This document shows, in pieces, positions 1-7,025 of a stretch of DNA of 13,365 nucleotides. Within the stretch, counting starts at the first letter, position 1. Every line of letters starts with the position of its first letter. The notes under the pieces are model-generated. The model did no database searches, was not told where the DNA came from, and was given only the letters and a program-made list of their open reading frames with translations. Location of the stretch: contig JBFXGD010000094.1 of the NCBI GenBank assembly GCA_050178385.1, forward strand, positions 1-13,365, in the 5' to 3' direction. A program made the position numbers and the translations under genes. The stretch comes from Calditrichaceae bacterium (lineage in GTDB: Bacteria; Calditrichota; Calditrichia; Calditrichales; JBFXGD01).

Positions 1-888
1 TTCTTTTGAAATAGTGTTTACGGCTGCTAACCCCGCAGCGCAGGCCAGTGGATTTCCACCATAAGTCGTACCGTGCTCACCTTTGTCGAAGATATTTTCC
101 AGATTTTGATTAACTAAAAAGGCACCCAAAGGTAAACCACCGCCAAGTCCTTTGGCCGTGGCGATAGCGTCCGGTATAAAATCGAAATATTCATGATAAT
201 AAAATTTACCGGTCCTGCCGACCCCTGTCTGTATTTCATCTGCGATCAACAGACACCCGTATTTTTCTCTTCCCCGTTTCATCGCGCTAAGAATCTCAAT
301 GGAGAGCGGCTTAACTCCTCCCTCTCCCGCAATTCCCTCAAAAAAAACTGCAGCTGTACGTTCATTAAGTGTATCTTCAAATGATTTCACATCATTGAAT
401 CGTACAAGCTTTATTCCCGGAAGCAAAGGATGAAAGTTTTTCTGATATTTCTCCTGAAGAGTAATGGATAAGGCACCGAGGCTTCTGCCGTGAAAACTTC
501 CTTCAAATGCGATTATCTCATTTTTCTCGTTCTTCAGTCCCCATTTTTTTACAAGCTTCAGAAGACCTTCTATGGCTTCTGTGCCGCTGTTTGAGAAAAA
601 GACTTTCGAGAAAGGCGTAAGGCTAAGCAGGCGTTCGGCGAGATCAACCTGAATATCCTGAATAAAATAATTACTAAGATGCAAATTACGATTCAATTGA
701 TGCTGGATTGCCTCCAGTACCGCCGGGTGATTATATCCAAGTGCGTTTACAGCGATACCTGATAGAAAATCCAGATATTTTATGCCACTCTTGTCATAGA
801 GGTATACACCATCACCTTTTTCGATATCCAGAGGAATACGTTTATACACATTCAAAAAGTATTTATTTTCTTTTTCAAAGATATCCAT
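1..888 (-). CDS. argD: Acetylornithine/succinyldiaminopimelate aminotransferase (class III PLP enzyme); 3' end runs off the window
   Basis: Not in the ORF track because there is no stop in the window. Manual translation from ATG at 888 gives MDIFEKENKYFLNVYKRIPLDIEKGDGVYLYDKSGIKYLDFLSGIAVNALGYNHP..., then FSNSGTEA, FHGR, DEIQTGVGRTG, the PLP-lysine motif ATAKGLGGGLPLGA and HGTTYGGNPLACAAG. The start lies 2 nt after the upstream stop. Confidence 0.9.
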   Translation of the reverse strand, partial: MDIFEKENKYFLNVYKRIPLDIEKGDGVYLYDKSGIKYLDFLSGIAVNALGYNHPAVLEAIQHQLNRNLHLSNYFIQDIQVDLAERLLSLTPFSKVFFSNSGTEAIEGLLKLVKKWGLKNEKNEIIAFEGSFHGRSLGALSITLQEKYQKNFHPLLPGIKLVRFNDVKSFEDTLNERTAAVFFEGIAGEGGVKPLSIEILSAMKRGREKYGCLLIADEIQTGVGRTGKFYYHEYFDFIPDAIATAKGLGGGLPLGAFLVNQNLENIFDKGEHGTTYGGNPLACAAGLAAVNTISKE

Positions 889-890
889 AA

Positions 891-1568
891 TTACTTCTTA
901 GTCAGAAAAATGAGCTCGGCTTTTGCGTCATCGGACTGGTCGTAATCCTTATAATCCATAGTGATTTTCTCGAATACTTCCTTTGCTTTGTCAATTTTAC
1001 CAGCTGATGTGTAGCATTTTCCCGCTAGAAAAAGATAACTGGCTGCTTCTATAAATTCCGGTGACTTCTTCTGAGCTTTGATATAAAAAGAGGCTGCTTC
1101 ATCGTAGTTTTTTTCACGCTCCAAGCATGACGCATACCCGGCATATCCCGAGGCAAGCAGAATCGAGCTCTTGCTATAGGAATCTATAAACTCTTTATAC
1201 ATTTTTTTTGCATATGTTATATTATTTTCTTCAAAATATATATTCGCGAGCAAAAATCTTCCCTGGTCAGCCGCATCAGTCCCTGAATAATCTGAAGTAA
1301 GTTGATTTAGATAGTCCTTTGATAAATCATAGTTCAGAGCCTGAAACTCCAATTGCGCTTTTCCGAGAAGTGTTGTCGCTTCCTCAACATTTTGATTATG
1401 CACATAGACATAAATCATAATTATAACAAACAACCCAAAAACCGCAAGGGTCGTCCCTACAACCTGTTTATAATTTTCATCTACGAATGACTTCGCTTCC
1501 AAAGCGAGTTTAACAAATTTATCCTGCTTGATTTCTTTCTTGGTTAACTTTTTCCGCGGCTTCAGCAT
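891..1568 (-). CDS. Membrane-anchored tetratricopeptide-repeat protein (YfgM-like topology)
   Basis: Basic N-terminus (KPRKKLTKKEIKQDKF), one hydrophobic helix (VVGTTLAVFGLFVIIMIYVYV), then TPR-like helical repeats (FLLANIYFEENNITYAKKMY; LFLAGKCYTSAGKIDKAKEVF). Start moved from 1595 to ATG 1568 because AGGAG (1578-1574) lies 5 nt upstream. Confidence 0.8.
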   Translation of the reverse strand: MLKPRKKLTKKEIKQDKFVKLALEAKSFVDENYKQVVGTTLAVFGLFVIIMIYVYVHNQNVEEATTLLGKAQLEFQALNYDLSKDYLNQLTSDYSGTDAADQGRFLLANIYFEENNITYAKKMYKEFIDSYSKSSILLASGYAGYASCLEREKNYDEAASFYIKAQKKSPEFIEAASYLFLAGKCYTSAGKIDKAKEVFEKITMDYKDYDQSDDAKAELIFLTKK

Positions 1569-1617
1569 CATGACTCCTTTGATTACAGTTTTCAACGGGA
1601 TTTGTCATCAAAATACG

Positions 1618-1691
1618 TACCCCTGGAGAGATTCGAACTCCCGACACAAGGCTTAGGAAGCCTCTGCTCTATCCATCTGAGCTACAGGGGC
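1618..1691 (-). tRNA. tRNA-Arg, anticodon CCT (reads AGG); CCA not encoded
   Basis: Minus strand GCCCCTGTAGCTCAGATGGATAGAGCAGAGGCTTCCTAAGCCTTGTGTCGGGAGTTCGAATCTCTCCAGGGGTA folds as a cloverleaf: acceptor GCCCCTG/CAGGGGT, D arm GCTC/GAGC, anticodon arm GAGGC-TTCCTAA-GCCTT, T arm GGGAG-TTCGAAT-CTCTC. The discriminator A is followed by CG, not CCA. Confidence 0.96.
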
Positions 1692-1705
1692 AATTAAAAG
1701 TATTT

Positions 1706-1734
1706 AATTTAATTATCTTTCTTGATAAAGGCAA
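1706..1734 (-). promoter_or_regulatory. Putative sigma70-type promoter for tRNA-Arg (and probably the TPR gene and argD)
   Basis: Minus strand TTGCCT (1734-1729), 17-nt spacer, TAAATT (1711-1706), ending 14 nt before the mature tRNA 5' end and lying just downstream of a terminator. Confidence 0.6.
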
Positions 1735-1781
1735 GGCAAAATTAAAGGGAGGTATATAAAAAGCAGGACATTTAACTATAT

Positions 1782-1820
1782 AAAAAATAAGGGGATACAA
1801 ATTGCATCCCCATTATTTTT
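1782..1820 (-). terminator. Rho-independent terminator after the beta-barrel gene
   Basis: Minus strand GGGGATGCA-ATT-TGTATCCCC hairpin (one G.U pair) followed by TTATTTTTT, starting 8 nt after the stop at 1829. A/T tracts flank both sides. Confidence 0.8.
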
Positions 1821-1828
1821 ATAATCTA

Positions 1829-2944
1829 CTATTTACCAAAGTGAATTGTACCGCCAAGGGTAAAACGGAAACTGTTTTGTTCAACAGTATATGTATCAAA
1901 GGAATCTTCAAATTCATAGGAAGCCGGTTCATATTCGAATGCCGCATCAAGGATAAATTTATTCATGATAATTCCGGCGCCAAGGGTAATGACAGGATTT
2001 ACAACCTGATCACCGTTTTTGTCCCATTCAAAAAGAGGATTCGTGTGGAAGCCAAGACGCAAAGGAATAACAGAACTGCCGCTTTGGGCCAGATATTCAA
2101 TACCGAAATGGAGCGAATTAAGATCCACATCTACTTCGGAATCAGCAAAAAGATCTGAGTTTGACCAGTTTCTGCTATGGAAATCGAGCGCGAGTAAAAG
2201 ATTGTCCGTTGCCCGGTAACCTAAACCTATACTGTAAAAGAAGGGAACATCAATATCGTATTCATACCCATCAGTATCAGAAGTAATTGTGTTTGGAAGG
2301 TTCAGATTCGCGCCAATGGAAAATTTGCTACTCGGCTTTACCAAAATACCAATATCAATCGATGTGCCTGAATAATCAGTCGTTGCCGATTCATAAGTTT
2401 TCTCACCGTCAATCTCTTCGTAATAGTCCTCGCTGCCGGTATAAATATTCAACGCCGCGCCAACCGAGAACATCTCATTAATTTGAACAGCAACAGAAGG
2501 TGTAATTGCATTTATGCCGCCCTCATTTGCAAAGATATACTCTGTGCCTTCAAAATCAAATGTAAGTTCACTGTTGAAATCATAAATATTCCGGAAGGCG
2601 ATTCCACCGACAACTTTATAGTTTGCAACATTGAAAGGCATGACAATACTTAAAAAATTTAATTGAAATTTGGATGATTCCGTGATATCAGGAGCATTAT
2701 CAAGGTCGGTGTAAGTATATGTGCCAAAACCCAAACGACCTATGACACTGGCTTCCATGCTGTAAAGCTGTGTTAATCCGGCAGAGTTCCATGAAATAGC
2801 GGTCGCGTCATCAGCCACGCCTGTAAAGGCATACCCCATACCGGCCGCCCGCGCGCCGTTACCCGTAAAATTAAACTCACTGGCGTTCGCGCTGAAAGAA
2901 AACAATAGTAATACTGCCGCCGCAACTAGTAGCTTCTTGAACAT
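1829..2944 (-). CDS. Outer-membrane beta-barrel protein, FadL/OmpP1/PorV-like superfamily
   Basis: Signal peptide MFKKLLVAAAVLLLFSFSANA. N-terminal hatch motif GARAAGMGYAFTGVADDATAISWNSAGL typical of FadL/PorV-like barrels. Amphipathic beta-strand periodicity and C-terminal beta-signal-like strand FRFTLGGTIHF. SD GGAGGA upstream; tandem TAG TAG stops. Confidence 0.85.
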   Translation of the reverse strand: MFKKLLVAAAVLLLFSFSANASEFNFTGNGARAAGMGYAFTGVADDATAISWNSAGLTQLYSMEASVIGRLGFGTYTYTDLDNAPDITESSKFQLNFLSIVMPFNVANYKVVGGIAFRNIYDFNSELTFDFEGTEYIFANEGGINAITPSVAVQINEMFSVGAALNIYTGSEDYYEEIDGEKTYESATTDYSGTSIDIGILVKPSSKFSIGANLNLPNTITSDTDGYEYDIDVPFFYSIGLGYRATDNLLLALDFHSRNWSNSDLFADSEVDVDLNSLHFGIEYLAQSGSSVIPLRLGFHTNPLFEWDKNGDQVVNPVITLGAGIIMNKFILDAAFEYEPASYEFEDSFDTYTVEQNSFRFTLGGTIHFGK

Positions 2945-2965
2945 AAAAAATCCTCCTCCGTAAAG

Positions 2966-4126
2966 TTATTTTGTTAGGAATTTATCGCCAATCGCGACAA
3001 TTTGCCCCGGTTCATTTTGTATAATTCTTGCCGAGGAATATTTTTCGAATGAATCCGTGACTAAAATTTCCGCCACGATTTTCGTTTCTTTACCTAAAAC
3101 TTCACCTGTAATTGGATGTTTTACTTCTGCTCCTTCTTTATATACGACACATTTCATACCCTTTTTGATTCCTCCGGTCCGTCCTACATCCAGCATAATT
3201 CCATTTTCATCCTGTCTGATGATATAACCCTCAACCAGAGGTAAACTTTCCGTAAATTTGTTAGCTAAATTCTCAACGGTATTTTTAACACTCTGCGCGT
3301 CAGAACTTCCGGAATAAGCATCATGGGCAATGATAATGGTAGCGGATTCCGTATCAATGGCACGTGCATCGAGGCTGATGGCCCCTGATGGCGCAGCCGC
3401 CACGCTGCCTATGATGATTGCGTCCACTCCGATTCCCTTACCTATTTCGGCGGCGGTTGATGCGTCAATTACTCCCGCCATCCCCAGCTGTTGTTCTTCT
3501 AATATTTTTTCAAGCTGAGCGCGTTCAATCACACGAAAACGCCCCTGATTAAAAAGAGCTGTGATCATTTTATCAAGCACAATTTCGCCCAAATCTTTGC
3601 TGGCGCCTTTATTTTCAAATGGCCAGACAGCTACGCCCATGCGTTCACCCACTAATTTTACGGTCTTCTTCCCTACTATCATTTCAGGAGTACGCGATGG
3701 AACAGGAGTGATTGCCGGCGTAGCAACTGCAGACACGACAGGATCGGTACCTTTTTGGACCGGAGTTTCCGGTTCTGCTCCGCCGCGAATTTTATTGAGA
3801 TATTCCAATGCTCTTTTCGACGGTTCCTGTTTCATTGAAACGACAAGGTGTCTTTTTGCTTCATCCATTCTTCCCAGATTAAAATAAGCAATCCCCAATT
3901 CTCTGTGCGGAAAGTATTCAATGAAGTGCATACCGTATGTTCTTATTTTTCTTTTATCGACAGACTGATCTTTCAGCGCCTGCTGAAATTTGAGAATCGC
4001 AGTGTCATAATCACCAATTTTTACCGATTTAACACCTTCTTCGTATACGCGAAACCATTCGTCACCCGCAACTGCCATGTTGACCATGATGATGGTAAAA
4101 ACGAAAAAGATTATCCATTTTTTCAT
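2966..4126 (-). CDS. Exported protein: TPR-like domain + Pro/Thr linker + CsgG/HfaB(FlgT-M)-like domain + FlgT-C-like beta domain
   Basis: Signal peptide ending AVA-G with no lipobox Cys. TPR-like helices (YEEGVKSVKIGDYDTAILKFQQAL; ELGIAYFNLGRMDEAKRHL). Linker PETPVQKGTDPVVSAVATPAITPVPS. CsgG-family signature VAVWPF...GRFRVIERAQLEKILEEQQL...AAEIGKGIGVDAIIIGSV...LDARAIDTES. C-terminal MLDVGRTGGIKKGMKCVVY...HPITGEVLG...IGDK. SD AAGGAG. Confidence 0.8.
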   Translation of the reverse strand: MKKWIIFFVFTIIMVNMAVAGDEWFRVYEEGVKSVKIGDYDTAILKFQQALKDQSVDKRKIRTYGMHFIEYFPHRELGIAYFNLGRMDEAKRHLVVSMKQEPSKRALEYLNKIRGGAEPETPVQKGTDPVVSAVATPAITPVPSRTPEMIVGKKTVKLVGERMGVAVWPFENKGASKDLGEIVLDKMITALFNQGRFRVIERAQLEKILEEQQLGMAGVIDASTAAEIGKGIGVDAIIIGSVAAAPSGAISLDARAIDTESATIIIAHDAYSGSSDAQSVKNTVENLANKFTESLPLVEGYIIRQDENGIMLDVGRTGGIKKGMKCVVYKEGAEVKHPITGEVLGKETKIVAEILVTDSFEKYSSARIIQNEPGQIVAIGDKFLTK

Positions 4127-4268
4127 TGGAACTCCTTTTATGAGATATTTTTTCTAAAAATGATAACCGAATATTGAACAGAATATGTATTATATTTCAC
4201 AATTTTTTAATTAAAATCGGAAAAATTTTATACTTTGTATATAATCTATATCACAATTGGCGATAATT

Positions 4269-4793
4269 CTAATAAATAATTAAAGAAGAGACCGGGTAAT
4301 TGCTGATCCGTTTCCTGCCGTTTAAAAATTCCAACTCAATAAGAAATATTATTTCACTCACAATACCGCCGCATTTCTCAATTAATTTCGCCGCAGCAAG
4401 AGCAGTGCCGCCTGTGGCTAAAAGATCATCAACCAGGAGCACACGATCATTTGTTTTGACAGCATCCTGATGAATCTCAAGAGCATCGACACCGTATTCG
4501 AGTTGATATTCCTCTCTGTAAATTTTGTACGGTAACTTTCCGGGTTTTCTTATTGGAACAAACCCGGTGCCTATTTTTGAAGCCAGAACTGAGCCAAAAA
4601 TAAATCCGCGTGATTCAATGGCGGCAATTTTATCAATAGAATGATTTTTTATAGACTCCTGCAAAAGTGAAATAGCATCAGAAAACAGGGTAAAATCATT
4701 TAATACAGGTGTAATATCCTTAAAGAGTATTCCCTTTTTTGGAAAATCCGGCACATCACGAATAGCTGATTTTAACTGTTCTAATCGATCCAC
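4269..4793 (-). CDS. apt: Adenine phosphoribosyltransferase
   Basis: IRDVPDFPKKGILFKDITP, AIESRGF, IRKPGKLP, YQLEYG and the PRPP-binding motif VLLVDDLLATGGT. GTG start with AAGGA SD. Confidence 0.97.
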   Translation of the reverse strand: MDRLEQLKSAIRDVPDFPKKGILFKDITPVLNDFTLFSDAISLLQESIKNHSIDKIAAIESRGFIFGSVLASKIGTGFVPIRKPGKLPYKIYREEYQLEYGVDALEIHQDAVKTNDRVLLVDDLLATGGTALAAAKLIEKCGGIVSEIIFLIELEFLNGRKRISNYPVSSLIIY

Positions 4794-4805
4794 AAAGCAT
4801 TCCTT

Positions 4806-5081
4806 TTAAAGTTCTACTTTAAATTTCTTAAACCTATTCTCATAAGGATATTGATTTATCTCCAGGTCTGTGACTACCGCCATGGACGGACCTTTGCGGA
4901 GACGGCTGAGATAATCGATAATTTTAGCCTGTTCACCTTCCACAAAAACCTCAACTTCACCATTTGGCAGATTTCTTACATAGCCTGTTACATTCAACTC
5001 ATCCGCGTTTTCCCTGGCGAACCATCGGTAACCGATACCCTGAACACGCCCTTTCACAAAAACACGCATGGCTATTTTCAT
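4806..5081 (-). CDS. acyP: Acylphosphatase
   Basis: GRVQGIGYR phosphate-binding loop and GYVRNLPNGEVE motif. Start reassigned from 5159 to ATG 5081 (MKIAMRVFV), which overlaps the upstream stop as ATGA and gives a typical 91-aa protein. Confidence 0.92.
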   Translation of the reverse strand: MKIAMRVFVKGRVQGIGYRWFARENADELNVTGYVRNLPNGEVEVFVEGEQAKIIDYLSRLRKGPSMAVVTDLEINQYPYENRFKKFKVEL

Positions 5082-5533
5082 TTCCCGATGATCCCAACAA
5101 TTGTAAACACGGCTTCCTCTGCTGATTGTGCTTTTATAATTGTTTCCGATACGTCCCATGTATCGAGCCCAACAATCGGTTTTTTTAACTGCAGGGCATA
5201 AGCAATCTCAGATAATGTCCCGTATTTACCATCAACAGCGACAATCCCCGCAGCCGCCCTGATAATTAACAGATTCCTCATTATACTCATTCCCGTCGGA
5301 ATGACAATATCAATATACGGGTTTGCAGCCGATCCATCTTCCTGCGGGATTATACCGACCGTGATTCCGCCGGCATCCCTGCATCCTTTTGCAGCAGCTT
5401 CCATCACACCGCCCAGCCCGCCGCAAATCAGGCCAAATTTTTTTTCTGCTATATGCCGGCCAACATCATACGCTTTACTGTAAATTCGATCATCACACTG
5501 ACCGGCGCCAATAACGGCAATTAGTGATTTCAT
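5078..5533 (-). CDS. TIGR00725 / LOG (SLOG superfamily) Rossmann-like nucleotide-binding protein
   Basis: IAVIG, LICGGLGGVMEAAAKG, GGITVGIIP, ANPYIDIVIPTGM, RNLLII and GKYGTLSEIAYAL (variant of the LOG PGGxGTxxE motif). Confidence 0.88.
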   Translation of the reverse strand: MKSLIAVIGAGQCDDRIYSKAYDVGRHIAEKKFGLICGGLGGVMEAAAKGCRDAGGITVGIIPQEDGSAANPYIDIVIPTGMSIMRNLLIIRAAAGIVAVDGKYGTLSEIAYALQLKKPIVGLDTWDVSETIIKAQSAEEAVFTIVGIIGK

Positions 5534-5539
5534 TTATGA

Positions 5540-6835
5540 TTATGGGTAAATTCTCTGCATCAATCTTGGAAATGGTATCGTCTCCCTGATATGGCTTAAT
5601 CCGCATATCCAGGCTACGGTTCGTTCAATTCCAAGCCCAAATCCGGCATGTGGAACAGACCCGTATTTTCTTAAATCAAGATACCAGTCAAAAGCTTCTA
5701 CCGGGAGATTGTGTTCTTTTATACGATTCAATAATGTCTCATAGTCATCTTCACGCTGCGAACCGCCGATAATTTCACCATAGCCCTCGGGCGCAAGCAT
5801 ATCCATCGCCAGCGCTTCGTCAGGATGTTCAGGGTCACGTTTCATATAAAAAGCTTTGACAGCCGCAGGATAATGATGAACGATGACAGGCTTATCAAAC
5901 TGACTCGAAATAACGGTTTCATCGTTCGCTCCAAAATCATCACCGTCTTTAAAATCTATTCCATTTTTCCTGAGGATCTCAACCGCCTCTTTATAATGAA
6001 TTTTTGGAAACGGCGCTTCAATTTTTTCCAGAATGGTGACATCGCGCTCTATTACTGCTAATTCTTTCTGTCTGTTTTTGAGTACGCTCTTCACAAGATG
6101 ACTGATAAATTCTTCGGCAAGCTGCATATCATCGTAGAGGTCAAAAAAGGCCACTTCCGGCTCTATCATCCAAAATTCTGTCAGATGGCGGCGGGTTTTG
6201 GATTTTTCCGCCCGAAAAGTAGGTCCAAAGCAATATATTTTCCCCATCGCCATGGCGGCTGCTTCACCATACAGCTGACCGCTCTGGGTAAGATAAGCTT
6301 TTTCTCCAAAATATTCTGTCCCGAACAGCGTTGTTGTACCCTCCGCGGCATTTGGCGTAAAAATTGGTGAATCCACAAGTATAAATCCCCGGTTGTCAAA
6401 AAACTCGCGCGCCGCGCGTATAATTTCATGACGGATTCTTAAAATTGCGTGTTGACGTGTTGAACGGAGCCAAAGGTGTCGGTGATCCATCAAAAAATCA
6501 ACACCGTGTTCTTTTTTTGTTATTGGATATTCCTGAGCGATATTAACTATTTTTAAATCATTTACCTGAATTTCAAATCCCAGGGGCGAACGTTTGTCAA
6601 CAGCTACTTTTCCTGTAATTTCAACGGAGCTTTCCTGAGTTAAATCATCGGTTAGAGTGAAAGTTTCTTCACTGACGTCTCCTTTAAAAACGACGCACTG
6701 AATCGTTTCGCTGCCATCACGCACAAGCAGGAACCTTAATTTTCCGCTGGACCGTTTGTTGTATATCCATCCTTTAACCGTTACAATTTCACCCTCAAAT
6801 TTTGCCACATCAGCAATTAGTATAGTTCGTGTCAT
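5540..6835 (-). CDS. asnS: Asparagine--tRNA ligase
   Basis: N-terminal OB fold ([22 protein letters not shown]), [16 protein letters not shown], motif 2 [33 protein letters not shown], motif 3 [21 protein letters not shown] 6835 chosen because AGGGA lies 8 nt upstream; 6856 and 6862 are in-frame alternatives. Confidence 0.95.
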   Translation of the reverse strand: MTRTILIADVAKFEGEIVTVKGWIYNKRSSGKLRFLLVRDGSETIQCVVFKGDVSEETFTLTDDLTQESSVEITGKVAVDKRSPLGFEIQVNDLKIVNIAQEYPITKKEHGVDFLMDHRHLWLRSTRQHAILRIRHEIIRAAREFFDNRGFILVDSPIFTPNAAEGTTTLFGTEYFGEKAYLTQSGQLYGEAAAMAMGKIYCFGPTFRAEKSKTRRHLTEFWMIEPEVAFFDLYDDMQLAEEFISHLVKSVLKNRQKELAVIERDVTILEKIEAPFPKIHYKEAVEILRKNGIDFKDGDDFGANDETVISSQFDKPVIVHHYPAAVKAFYMKRDPEHPDEALAMDMLAPEGYGEIIGGSQREDDYETLLNRIKEHNLPVEAFDWYLDLRKYGSVPHAGFGLGIERTVAWICGLSHIRETIPFPRLMQRIYP

Positions 6836-6881
6836 AAAATCAAATCCCTGAGTCATGTCCATGGTTCAATATATAAAGTCA

Positions 6882-6910
6882 AATATAACCATCCGCTATA
6901 AACTTATCAA
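6882..6910 (-). promoter_or_regulatory. Putative sigma70-type promoter for asnS-LOG-acyP-apt
   Basis: Minus strand TTGATA (6910-6905), 17-nt spacer, TATATT (6887-6882), downstream of the fbp terminator. Confidence 0.6.
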
Positions 6911-6952
6911 GAAATTTACCGGATGGTAATGGGACTCGTCATTATTCACCGC

Positions 6953-6990
6953 AAAACAAAGTAAACCCTTTCAAAGTGATGAAAGGGTTT
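6953..6990 (-). terminator. Rho-independent terminator after fbp
   Basis: Perfect 11-bp stem AAACCCTTTCA/TGAAAGGGTTT (6963-6973/6980-6990) with a 6-nt loop, followed on the minus strand by ACTTTGTTTT. Confidence 0.8.
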
Positions 6991-7025
6991 CATAAATTAA
7001 ATATTCGTTTTTGAAGTTTTTGATC

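Noticed and set aside
2966..4126. Calling the gene csgG or flgT (curli or flagellar system)
   Set aside because: No lipobox, extra TPR and C-terminal domains, and no csg or flg genes in the window. Only domain-level similarity is supported.
1618..4268. Envelope module as a tRNA-integrated genomic island
   Set aside because: The module is on the 5' side of the tRNA, there is no integrase or transposase, and I saw no duplicated tRNA 3' end (att site).
5082..5159. N-terminal extension of acylphosphatase given in the ORF track
   Set aside because: It overlaps the LOG-family gene by 82 nt. ATG 5081 gives the typical length and an ATGA coupling.
1718..6914. Shared 11-mer TTATCAAGAAA at the tRNA promoter (1718-1728, minus strand) and the asnS promoter (6904-6914, plus strand)
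   Set aside because: Opposite orientation and different position relative to the promoter elements. A match of this length is plausible by chance in AT-rich intergenic DNA.
6916..6942. 8-codon ORF MTSPITIR upstream of asnS as an attenuator leader peptide, or a T-box leader
   Set aside because: It has no Asn codons, lies upstream of the predicted promoter, and no T-box consensus or terminator/antiterminator pair precedes asnS.
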